From NCBI RefSeq assembly GCF_009914755.1, contig NC_060937.1: a stretch of DNA of 64,000 nt; one strand, written 5' to 3'. Shown one piece after another: positions 51,683-64,000 of this stretch. The stretch's first letter is position 1. Each line of letters opens with the position of its first letter. Under the pieces are notes generated by a model. That model was not told the origin of the DNA. It ran no database searches and worked only from the letters and a program-made list of their open reading frames with translations. The DNA is from the human T2T-CHM13v2.0 reference genome, Homo sapiens. The position numbers and the translations under genes were made by a program.

Positions 51683-52869
51683 AATAGAAAATAAATTAAA
51701 ATGCTTTGTAAATTGGTGATAAGAAACCTACTTTTTGGCTCTATTATTTATCTAATAATTTGTCTAATAGAAGTGCCTGGACCTTTCTTCTTAGGATTAA
51801 ATGTTTCTACTTGAGAATATGTCCAACAAGAATTCAATTTAATTAGACCTTTACATCATTGGATTTAAATTGAAAAGGTATTTAAATTATAGATGTCTGA
51901 ATATATTCCATCACAAGTTTAAAAATCTTGATTGTGGTTCATTCATTTAAGAAATCCGTATTGAGTACTTGTTAAATGTTGAGTGCCAGGCTGGGTTTTT
52001 TTCAAAATGGTTTAAGAAATACGTTATATTTCTTGCCCTTGAAGACCTCCCTCTTTAATTGGTGGAGGAAGAAGGAACAACACATAGAATAAGAGGAGAA
52101 CAATGTTAAGGCCAAAGATAACTAGATGTCCAAATGCCTCAAATAGAAGACACATGATATGGGAGGTCAGGAAGAGTGGAATGGTGTGTGCATTACAGAA
52201 TATTTTGTGAAATCCTCTTGAAAAAGGGCATGACTTGACAGGTCTTGAAGGTTGAATAGAAAGTGGATATACACGTAACTTTATCTGATAAAAATGCATG
52301 TTTTTGCTACTTTGAAGTTAATGGAGGTTAATAAACTGAATAATGACACTGTAGTGAAGAGCACATTGAATTAGAAGGCATGAGGCTGTGTTTTCATTAA
52401 AATTATGCAGTGAGCTAGCTGTGTAAAAAATCAGCCTCTGGCCTCTGCCAGATTCACTGCACCCAACCAGCAGCAAGGTATTGAGCTCAGATTAACAAAC
52501 TCACAAGGTACCATAGAATTTATCTATAACTAAGTTTGCTTAGCTTTAGAAAGGATATAGGATAGGCAGCAATGCAGCATATATGGCCATAACATACAGA
52601 GGTCTTGTACCTTAAAGGTACAACTAGCAAATGTCACTTTGGATGCATGTGGTCTCAAAAGATGGGTGGGTGAGTGTAGACAGTCTCAGTTAAGAGAAGT
52701 ACCAGATCTGGGGTCTCCCCAACAGGAAAATTCAATCAAAGATCAAACCCTTAGGTGTTCTTGAGGTTAGAAGAAAGGTTACAAATCAGCTATTGACCTT
52801 TCACTTCCAGCCTAATCTTCTTTACTCATAAAATAATGGACCGATTTGATATAAGCTTTTATTAAAAAA

Positions 52870-53030
52870 AAGTCTTGTTCAAATTCCAGGATCACCATTT
52901 ACTAGTTGTATATACTTGGGTAAGTTATTTAACCTCTCTGAATATCCATTTCTTTGATGAAAAAATATATATGAAAATACCTACCTCTTATGTTTGTTAT
53001 GTATTTTAAATGACCCTCAAATACCTTTGG
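52870..53030 (+). mobile_element. MIR
   Basis: gttcaaattccag..caccatttactagttgt..cttgggtaagttatttaacctctctga is a MIR core. Confidence 0.75.
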
Positions 53031-53959
53031 CAGGATATGGAGAGTCAGACTATTTTAATGTAGAAACTTAAATGTATTTTTTTTTCTTTGCAGCCCTTGC
53101 AGGATTATTGTAGGCTTTATTCCTGCGCTGGGTTCTAATGGACCATTAAGATCCATTGTCAAAAGAACTCAAAGCAAAGTAGATTTCTAAAATAAGCTAA
53201 TGAAAATGAGTGACTCTAGAGAATGGGTAGAATTTTCTGGAGACAAAAAGGGGCTAGAGAAGTGGAGAATGAGGAAAAACATAGGTTGCTGGATTCCATA
53301 AGAGTTCAGGAGTTTGATGCTGGGAAAATGGTCTGAGGAGGTAGGGCACCTGTAATCTGAGAAGCACTGGGTGGTGCCCATTAGTTGCCCAATACTTGGC
53401 TTGGCCTCTGTCTGATTAACTATTGGGTGAGCTCATATGCAGTGTCCCAGGAGAGAGTCCTGGATCTCTGTGCTTGAGAGGCCTCAAGACATGGTAAAGA
53501 CAGAGGGGTCTCTTTAATTTTTCTTTTTCTGGCCCCAAGAGGTTGTAATCAATCTATGATGTGGACATTTCAATTGCCTTAACATTCAATACTGTTTTCT
53601 GCCACTGAATTTATCTTGGAAAATTTCTCATTGATACTGAATTGTCTAAAATGATTAAACTGGTCATTTTAGATGTGTCAACTCAGTAACTTAATAGATT
53701 TTCTTGAGATGAGAAAGGACTCAGTGAGTTATTAGACAGAGGTAAGGACTACTCTCTGTCTTTACCCTTCCATTAAACCACCTATCATCACAACTATTAT
53801 AGAAACAATTAAAAGTACATTTTCTCTAATAACTTGTCATATTTTCATCAAAGGTTGACTAGTTTTGAGAAAACAATTTACTTTTTAATAAGAGGTTTTA
53901 GAACAGGATTGAATCTAGTAATTTCAGCCAACATTTATTTGTGGCCAGACTGAAGAACC

Positions 53960-54173
53960 TGGAGTTTTGATTTTTTTTTTTTTTTAACTAATTTGGTTTT
54001 CTTTCACATTTTATCCCACATCTCTTAATTAGAGAAATAGGTAAAATAAAAAGATGCAAACAATTTAATGGAGTTTTTTTGTTTTTAACTAATTTGGTTT
54101 TCTTTCACATTTTATCCCACATCTCTTAATTAGAGAAATAGGTAAAATAAAAAGATGCAAACAATTTAATGGA
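53960..54173. repeat. Recent tandem duplication (92-bp perfect match, offset 101 bp)
   Basis: 53981-54072 is identical to 54082-54173; tgga microhomology at the junctions. Confidence 0.97.
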
Positions 54174-54321
54174 CTATTTGAGCTCTTAGGTAGTCTTGTT
54201 AGAAAATATGAGGATCATTTCTATCTAATTTACTTGTTTGTGTGGACATATATACCTTTTAAACTTGTATTTCTTAGCCTGCTTTATTGATACTGTTCAT
54301 TTTCATTCTGAATTATCTCAT

Positions 54322-54770
54322 ATATTAGTCAGCTATTGCAGCAATAAATGGATGTAACAAATAACTTTAAAATAGCTTACAGGCTGTTACAAGTTTACAA
54401 CAGTAGTCATTTATTTTTGTGGCTCATGAGTCTGTGAGTTGGCTGGGCTCCTGTGGGGCTTGACTGTAGATTGTTGGTTGGGCTCAGTTCTGCTGCAAAT
54501 GTGTCATTCTGGAATGAGCTACTATTAGGGACATGGTTTTCTCATCATGATGGCAGACATGATAGGAGCCAAGCCAAGTTATGTAAGCATGTTTAAAGCC
54601 TCTGCTCTTATTACAGCCATTAATGTTTGATTAGCTAAAGCAAATCTCATAGCCAAGTCATGTTGGCTTACTCTAATGGAAGCTTCAGCAAAGTCACTGG
54701 CAAAGAGAGTGTTAAGTATTATTCAATAGCAAAGAGGGAGTGAAAAATTGGAAACAGTAATCCTCTACAA
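54322..54770 (-). mobile_element. Old MLT1-type MaLR LTR
   Basis: tattagtcagctattgc..gtaacaaa...gctcatgagtctgtg.gttggctggg...gctaaagcaaatctcatagccaag. Confidence 0.7.
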
Positions 54771-55676
54771 CTATTTGGCTAGAAGATGATGGATGCGGTT
54801 GCTCCCTGAGGAGCTGTCGGCTAAACCTAATCATAGTGTTTTCCCTGAATTGATCTGAAATGGTATTTCCTGGGGTCGACTGAGAAGGAACTTGATGTTC
54901 TTTTCCCCAGAAATAAGAAACACCTTGCAGCTATCAAAAAGCCTGTTTCTAAAGCACAATGTGTAAATGTATGAACATGTACGTTCATGTGTGCATGCAA
55001 CACACATGTGTGCACACATACACAAAGTCTAGCATGGGCTATTTCAAATCCTAACACTCTGATTTTAACATTATAAAAACAGCCTTGGTTCTCAATCCAA
55101 AGAGGTTCCAGGGAAATACCTTAGCAAAATACAAAAAACAGAGATGCTCTGTTACTCCCAAATGTTTCTACCTTTAGTTTATCTTAACTTCTCTCAGATT
55201 ATCTTAATTTCTCTCTCCTGCCCAGTTGTGATTCTGGGAGATATGACAAATGGTAATAGCCTGTCCTAGAAAGACTGTTGGCCAGTAGCGGACTCGGTCA
55301 ACCTCCTCCAGTTTGCTCTTGGTTGGAGAAATAATTATGTCACATATTTAGACCAACCAATAAATAGCCTGTGATTATTTTGAGGTCACTATTTTATTTC
55401 TGTACAAGCTATAAAACTGTCCAACTGAGCTCTTGAAGCTATGGTCAGGGATTATAGATGCCTTGTTATTCCACCAATAAGCACCAGTCTCTGAAATCCT
55501 TTATCTTGGCTAAATCCTGAAGACTGAACGCTGAGCCCAGTAATTATTACAAACAAATGATTTTGTTTTTTGAATTAAAACTTTGTACTGATGTTCACAG
55601 TCCAAAGCCACCACCAGGTGAGACCTACCTCTTTTGACACATTTAGTATTCAGCTATAATAGATAGTCCTTTGTTT

Positions 55677-55776
55677 GGCTGGTCTGAGTGCAATAGTGTT
55701 TATAGCTAATTGGTCCCAACCAGTTACAGATTTTCTTGTTCCTGCTCCACTCCCACTGCTTCACTTGACCAGCCTT
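55677..55776 (+). pseudogene. RNY3P: Y3 RNA (RNY3) retropseudogene
   Basis: ggctggtctgagtgcaatagtgtttatagctaattggtcccaaccagttacagatt..cttgttcc..ctccactcccactgcttcacttgaccagcctt matches hY3 end to end; decayed A-tail 55777-55809; TSD atag(t/c)cctttgttt at 55663-55676 and 55810-55823. Confidence 0.93.
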
Positions 55777-57294
55777 AAGAAATTTGTTGTAAAAAGTAAA
55801 TTAAATAAAATAGCCCTTTGTTTAAACATAATAAATCTCTTCCTTTTTATATGACAGGTGGTTGGGATTATTTTAGATTTTGATATTCTTCTAATAGGAA
55901 TCTCAAGCCTGCATGGTCTGGAAAGGAGGAAGTAGATGCAATTCCTAGATTTGGATCTATTCCCTTGACATTCAGACCTAAAGAAGATTTACCAGCTGCA
56001 GTGATGAGCAGGAGCTGGGGTAGAAGCTGGGAGCTGAGTGAAAGTGGTGGGTTTTAGTGAATTTCCAAGCTTTGAATTTAATGGAGCTCTAGAGTATATT
56101 AGAATTGTTTGTGTCAGTCACCAGCATGCCAAAACCATCCTTAGGAATTGCCCAACAGACCCTGGCTGCTAGTGACTTGCTCTTTGCAAAACAAAAAAAT
56201 CAAACACCCAAACTGCAGAGAATCCAGGGTTGCAATGGAGCAGGTGCTGGGTGGTGGTAATGCTTTGTGTCTCTGGGCCTCGACTCTGAGTCTGTTTTCT
56301 TGAATTCTAGGGCACTTAATCCCTTTGCTGTCTATCTCTTACACATAGGTTCTACTAGAGAACTGAATTATTTTAAATCTAAGATTTGAATCCTAAAGTG
56401 AATTGAATTAACCGAGTTCTTTCCCCAAGCCCAGGCTTGACCCCACGTATTTTTTATTTAACAGGAAAATACTTCATGTCTTGCTGTCTGAAGCTCCAGA
56501 GGGGTAAGGCTTTATTATTTCTCTCCTATTTACTTGTAAGATGCATCTGAAGCAGTTTGGGAACAATCAGGCCAGTCCGTAGAAATTGCAGGAAGGTTTC
56601 AGCCTAATATAAAATGTTTTTTCTAACCATCAGGGTAGCCTAACAATTAGATTGCTGAAAGCAATTAGCTGCTTATTACAATTTTCTAATAATGTACCGT
56701 TAGACTACTTTCCATACCGAACTGAAATACCTTATTCACTGAGTTTGAATCTTAAACTAATTTTAACTGATAATTTTTCTGAGAGGGGAAAAACAATGTA
56801 TTTCAAAACACAGCACAAACCGCCAGAGCAGCCTGTTCTTATTTGACAACAGCGCTCCTGCTGACCCAGGCTGCTGGGACACTGAGGTCTGGTTGGAGTC
56901 TCTCTCCTCAGGACAGTCCGCTGAGGATTCCAGGCCTCTCAGCCTCTTACTTACTGCTGTGGCTCTGACCTTCATTCCAGAAGGATTGTTCCAGGCTCGT
57001 GCAGCAGAAGGCACTGGGCCAGCAGGTCAGACCTGAGATTTAGTTCTGACTCTGCCATTTACTAGGCCATGAACAAGACACAGGGCCACTCTATAAAATC
57101 CGAGGTTGGTTTCCTTAAGGTTGTTTCTTTCTCTAACAATCTGTGATCGATATGAAAAGGGTTTAAGATGACTTAAGGATAGCAAGAATCGTTTTTATTC
57201 CCTATCTTTATTTTCCCAGCTCTGCTTTATGTGTTTTCCAACAAAGATGACATTTAGAAGAACAAAGAATATTAAGGCAGAAGACCTGGTTTTT

Positions 57295-57880
57295 TTTCTT
57301 GGATGCAACAACTACTTTAAATGGTCTCCCTGACTCTAATCTTCCCCGAACAGTCTCTTTACCTCCTATATTTAGAAAGATCTTTTTAAAAAGGAAATTT
57401 TCTATCTTTAATTATCTGTTTAACTAAACAGATTTTTTTTTTTACTGTCTTTAACATTAAGTCCAAATTCCTCATCATAATTTACAAAACTACTTAAGAT
57501 TCTTGTTCTATTACTGCTTCCTGTTCACTCCTTCCTTTTGCAGTCTTTGCTAAAGCATACTGAATTGATATCAACTCCTTAAACAAGTCATATTGTTTCG
57601 CAACTCTGGGGCCACCTTTATAGCTCTCCCTTGTCCTTGAGTATTCTAACCCCATCCCTTCATCTGTATAAATCCCACTCTTCATTTAGATTTTGGCTTC
57701 AGGTTACTATTTTAAAGAGCTTTGCTTGGCTCCTAGAAATACAGCACCATGTATTTCTTCTATCATAACATGTCCCTTTCTTTTCTGGTATATTTCCTGG
57801 TATATTGTAAGCTCTGTGAGATTGGGGCCTGTAGGTGCCTCCAACATGTAGCACAGTACCTGGCACACTGAATGAGAAAA
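57295..57880 (+). mobile_element. L2 3' portion
   Basis: aatggtctccctgactct...aagtccaaattcctc...ttgtaagctctgtgag...tagcacagtacctggcaca. Confidence 0.7.
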
Positions 57881-58159
57881 TGCTTTGTATGGAGTTTATA
57901 TCTCAGTTATGAAATGTATTAGCTACATGACCATGGGCAAATTATTTGACCTTTTAAAATATCATTCTCCTTATCTCTACAAATAAATCTAGAACTAAAT
58001 TATCTTTAAGTTTTATCTCTAAAATTCTTTAATAGTAATGTATTACTGTAACATTTATGCATTTAATAGGCCCCAAACTTAAGTGTGGAAAAATATACTA
58101 TTTAATATTAATTTCTATCTTGAGCACCCATTCTACCTGATGCAGAATAGTACTATTAT

Positions 58160-58380
58160 ATTGTAGTTGCCATAGGTACTTCTCTAAGCACATATATATG
58201 TTAACTCACTTAATTCACACAATAGCATAAGTAAATCACTATTATTTTACCTAATTCATGTATGAGGAAACTGAGGCACAGACAGTAATGTGACACACCC
58301 GATGACATAAATCCTAGACAAAGCTGAAATTGGAACCCAGTTGATCTGGTTCCCGAGTGAGTACACTTAACAGCATTGGA
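58160..58380 (-). mobile_element. MIR
   Basis: ctcacttaattcacacaa...atgaggaaactgaggcacaga is an antisense MIR core. Confidence 0.8.
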
Positions 58381-59391
58381 CAGCACATGCACCATAGTTA
58401 GGAAAACTTCATTTAATCAATTTCAGGTAAACTCAGTGGAACAATCTCATCAATCATTTAAGTTTAAACTCAATTAAAGTGGGGAAGGAGAGTATGGAAA
58501 TTCGTCTTAGGGAGGAAAGAGTATCTTTTAGATCCTGATCTCAGTCCTATGGTGGGATGGAGTTCATTGTGTGTGGTCCTTTTCCATTATGGCATTATAT
58601 ATAGTGTCTTCCTCATCTGACCTCTGACATGAGGGTCCAAACCTCATTATGCAGTGCAGTCTGTGAAACCCCCTGTGGACAGGAGAGCTCTTTTCCCTTG
58701 GGAAAGTCCCAGTGGACTTTGAGATGCTCTCCCATTTCACTCTGGTCCCACAGAAATCTCAGGGGATTGATTTTAGCTCTCCACTGCTTAGACCAACCAG
58801 CTATGCTACCATTTCTACTCCGTTTATGCCTACTAAGAGGGCTTGAGGACTTTCCACAGGAAATATGTAGTCTCCCTGGGATTGACCTAGGAAGCAACAT
58901 AGAGGTTACCATCAGAATCTCAGCATTAAAGAATGCTCAGTGGTTCTACCTCATGTATGACTCCATTCAAGAAAATAAATTTCCCAGACACAGCCTCTCA
59001 GATTCAACTCTTTTCCTTCCTAATCTCTCTTCCTCCTTTCCTGGGTGGATCCCTTAGTTCGGTTGAAAGGGCCATGAGAACTGGTTTGGCCTAATCACAA
59101 GTTTTCCTCAGTATTTTCACCTAGCACTTGTGTTGTGGCTTTTGAACTGGAAATCAAGATTGTAGCATTTTGAAAATCAAGATTGGATCTCTCCACTTGC
59201 TTGGGATAATGCCAGCTTTTGGTTTATTACATTTTAATTGAGATTCAGAATTTTAAAAAACAGATAGATTTCTAAGCCATCAAATGTGTTACCCTCAGAT
59301 TCCTGTCTTTTCAAAGTCAAACTCAGTATATGGTGAAGATGCTTATTTTCCATATCTTCCAGAAGTAACTGTCAGTCAAAAAGCATTTGTG

Positions 59392-59754
<363 letters not shown>

Positions 59755-62143
59755 TTATGGTGCTTCTTAGATGTCAGAGCCTAGACTAATACTGTAAAAT
59801 CAAACTGTGTAGGAGCATATTACCAGTCCTATGCAATATTTAAAGTACAAAAATACACTTTAAACATGAAAGCAGACAGATTAGACAAAGCAGAATAGTT
59901 CATGTATAGAGAGGCCTGAGGGTGAGAAGAACGAAATATCTGATCTCTAAAATGAGACTCCAGTCTATGAAAGATGGAATTGTGAAGACAAATGAGAAAG
60001 TCAGTTACAAATCAATATGCAAGATAGCAAGTGCATCAGTCAGAGGCCCTGGTAACTTATTATTCTAGAAAAAAAATACGAAAGGAAATACAAACATTGG
60101 GGATAAGCAATGCAAATGAAAAATAAAGCCATGCATATTTGCCTAATATGCTGATCTAGAAACAAGAAAATAGAAGGTGAAGGTTTTATAAAGACAGTCA
60201 GATTTCAGAATATATAAGCAACCTGAAAAAATGTATGTGCCTGCATGTGTGCATATACATGTAGCATGTGTATGTGTGTGTTTGTGTGTGTCCAGAAGGC
60301 CAAACATTTTTTCAAGCCAAAAAGAGTGCCAACGAGTAATAACTTTGTTTTTGAAACATTAAGGCCAAGTGATTTGCATTCATCCATTGTGAAATGAAAA
60401 TAGAATTTGTCAATTATTCATGAATAGGACATAAATCTTTATGCCACCTCCATGGCAGTGATATACAATGTCATGTCAAGTAATAACATCTGTTGGTGGG
60501 CAGTTGTAAATAGAAAACTAGACAAAGCAGAAGAGAGACCCTATGGGCTTCTAGGCCTAAAACTTGGGAAATAGAATATGGGCTATGAACTTTACTCTTA
60601 CAAGACCAATATCCTATTTAATGTATTATAAAATATAATTTGCAGTAATGATTTGCAATCTGGCATAGGGTCAAGAATATTAGATTTTTTTTTAAGAAGA
60701 GAAGCAACGTTTTTCTAAAGAGATCAGAAGAGAGAAACAAGCTATATTCAACTTTATTTTTAAAAAGCCTATGACAACTAGTAAAAGTATCCAAATAACA
60801 ATATGTTGCATTTTCTGATGAATAGCTTGAAAATAAATACTCAGATTATATAACTGCCAAAACAATTGTGGGTATATTATCTATATTCCTGTACAGGAAA
60901 ACGGTGATTCTTAAATGTCAAAACATGTGTTTTGCTGAAATACAGATTTCCTGAAATATTCCCTCTTGTTATGACAAAGGAAAATAAAGTCTATATATCC
61001 TAGAACGAGTTGGTACTGCTCATCTGGTTCACAGTATGTAAGAATATTGGGGAGACTATGCCATTATTTAATTTTCTCACTCAGAGGACACCTGCTGGCA
61101 AGGAGTAAACTGATTTGAGCAGAATAAAATAGACAAAGAGTATTAAGATCAGTTATATCTTGTCATCCCCACATTTATTTTGCTTTCTGTATGAGAACTA
61201 AACGTGGACAAATTGTCTAAATAGTGAGAAAGGCAACCTGTTCTTTTTAGGTCACAGACATTTGGGATTCACAAAACCACTTTGTCATTCGAGTGAGCTG
61301 CTTCGTGCTATTGAGCAGGTTTCCTTTTCCATTAGCCACTCCAATTGGAGACTGATCTACTTGTATCACTTCATAAAGTCTCCTGGTGGCACAATTGGAG
61401 CATGAAAACTGTGGTCTAAGGATTGTGCTTCTGAGACCCTCCTCTGTCACTTACTCATTATTTAGCATCTCAGAGCTGCATTTATCTCAAATTAAAATTA
61501 TTTTCATGTTATTGGATTTCCATGCAATTTGAACATTCTGTTAAGTGCGTTAAAATGTTAGTTATTGTTGCTGCTGTGCAGACTCTTAAATGACCTTGAT
61601 TTTTATTTAGTTTTCATTTATTTTCACCATATGTTCCTTTGGACTTGAGTGACCTTTCAAATTGATCTTGAGAGCTGAGTTTCCGGCTATCTGAATTCAA
61701 TAGAGCACTGTTAAGATTATTCCTTTCTGAGCCTCCGTTAAGTAGTAGTGGGTTAGGATCTTTGCAGTTCCACTGAACCTAAACCCCTATGGCTTTTACT
61801 GTATTTTATGGCACTGCTAAAGATTATATTCATGGCCTCTGATAAGCTGGACCTTAAAGAACTTTTATGGACATATCAAAGTCTGACATTTATTACATTC
61901 TTTCCTCCCTCAGTTTTCCATGGAATAATTTAGGAACCAATTCATGAAACACAAATCCATTGTACTCACTATTGGAAAAGGGGAAGTCAAAAAGATATGT
62001 TTAAATCTACATATCTCTTTGGAAAAAATACTGTGTGCAATCTGGTGCTGTCAAGCAAGCTCACCAGACTGGAAACTGTGGGCTTTAGTGCATGGGTTTC
62101 TGGAGGTTGATCGTCTATTTCTATATCTTTCTTGTCTCTCTGA

Positions 62144-62479
<336 letters not shown>

Positions 62480-62874
62480 TATTTCTTAAAAATCTACAAA
62501 TAGAAAAATATAGAAATTGTGAAGTAATGCTCTTCTTAAATTTGGCTCTTATTGAAACTTTTCAGAATAGGTCTTCTTAGCTAAGGGCCACAGATGAGAC
62601 TTCATGGGATCTGGATATTGTGTGCAAAGTTGCATTGGATTTGAGTTTATGGGGCTGTATCTATGCATGTTTCTTATAGAGGGTTTACTTATGTTCATTC
62701 CAATAAAGAGTGGTGAATGGTCAGGAGAACAATTCTTTTGGGATTTCACCTTTGATATGTGATTTTTTAGGCCAAAAAAATGCTCTCAGTAATCCAAGGC
62801 ATGTTTTTAGTATATAAAATATCTCAGAGGAGTCACAGATTCAAAAAGTCTGAAATTTAACTTAACCTTTTTAA

Positions 62875-63416
62875 TGTATTAGGGTTCTCTAGAGAAACAG
62901 AACATACACACACACACACACACATATATATACACATCCCTCAATATATAACACATATATATGTATTAGTATATATAATTTGTTCTGTTAGAATGTATAT
63001 ACACACATATCTCCTTATAATATGCATTATTCTGTTTATATATATACATACACATACACACACGTACACACATATCACTGTTGGTTATTTATTTATTTAT
63101 TATAAGGAATTAGCTCAGGCATATGGAGGTTGCAAGTCCTAAATCCACAGAGTTGACGTCCTAGTTTGCAGGTTGTCAGGCAGGAGAATTCTATCTTATC
63201 TGGGGGAAGATCAGCCTTTTGTTCTATTAATAACTTCACCTTATTGGATGAGGGCCACCCACATTATGAGGGGTGATCCTACTTTACTGGTCTACTGATT
63301 TAAATGTTAATCCCACCCAAAGTGGCCCTCACAGAGACACACCCAGAATAATGTTTGACCAAATACCGGGGTACCCTGTAGTCCAGTCAAGCTGACACAT
63401 AAACTTAACTGTTATG
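62875..63416 (-). mobile_element. MLT2-family solo LTR with expanded CA/TA low-complexity tract
   Basis: tgtattagggttctctagagaaacagaac...ttataaggaattagctca...ccagtcaagctgacacataaa. Confidence 0.88.
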
Positions 63417-63769
63417 TCTACAAACCTGTTATTCAAGGGTAGATCCAAGTTCTTTGAGGCTTACAGCTTATATAATTGTTTGGAGCTCTCTTCATACATT
63501 CATGGAGATCTATATTAATAAATACTTCTATCCTCCCTCATGCAGTTAGCCATTGTAATTTCTGGCTTTTTAAAATTCACACCATGGCTGCAGTATTTCT
63601 TCATTTGAAAAAATTTATTGATTTATTATATGGGAGGCACTCTGATAATGTTTTCAGGGTTCATATTAGGAGCAGAGAATTAAAAAATAGGAACACAGGA
63701 AAAAATTATTACGTCATTGTGTTAAAAGCAACAGGAGAATTTTTTAAGTGGAATGGTGACACATAAGCT

Positions 63770-63860
63770 CCATGAGATGAGAGTTCTTGTCAACTATTAT
63801 GTTGTCAGATATACCACAGCAACTTTTACTTAGTAAATGCTCATAAACATCTGTTGACTC
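63770..63860 (+). mobile_element. L2 3' end fragment
   Basis: taagctccatgag...ttagtaaatgctcataaacatctgttgac. Confidence 0.55.
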
Positions 63861-64000
63861 GATAATAGTAGTGTTAACTATAATATGTATAATTAATCAA
63901 GCAACATCACTGAAGCAATTATTTTAATCTTCACAAAAGTTGCATATTGTAACCTTTCTCTATAAGGAGAAGGGAAAATACATTTTCAAAGTCCAAATCA

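Noticed and set aside
53070-53230. Strong acceptor (T-tract then ctttgCAG at 53093)
   Set aside because: No good donor or poly(A) signal nearby; isolated acceptors after T-tracts are common.
58613-59057. Overlapping 142-aa (+) and 99-aa (-) ORFs
   Set aside because: No recognisable domain or convincing splice context; composition is consistent with chance ORFs.
61339-61350. Perfect 12-bp palindrome CTCCAATTGGAG, and the small hairpin atggcatt-aaa-aatgccat near 17723-17741
   Set aside because: Several inverted repeats of this length are expected by chance in 64 kb.

Overview
AT-rich, repeat-dense primate genomic DNA, almost certainly human because it carries an AluYa5 and an AluYg6. It looks intronic or intergenic, and I find no intact host protein-coding exon that I can recognise. 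All long ORFs in the track come from L1, Alu, THE1 or ERV-L relics, or are chance ORFs. Main contents: ERV-L pol/dUTPase relics; a two-LTR THE1 element with an internal deletion-inversion and a nested 5'-truncated young L1PA; a ~23-kb block of nested, minus-strand L1s (~26.9-50.4 kb); about a dozen Alus; solo LTRs; hAT DNA transposons; L2/MIR fragments; and a Y3 RNA retrocopy. I could not support a new biological system. The most unusual observations are a ~156-bp local copy flanked by a perfect 15-bp direct repeat, the THE1 inversion, a tail-less young L1 fragment patched colinearly into an old L1, a chimeric-looking duplication in an L1, and several plus-strand candidate exons. Subfamily names are from recalled consensus sequences, not from a database search, and coordinates of old repeats are approximate.
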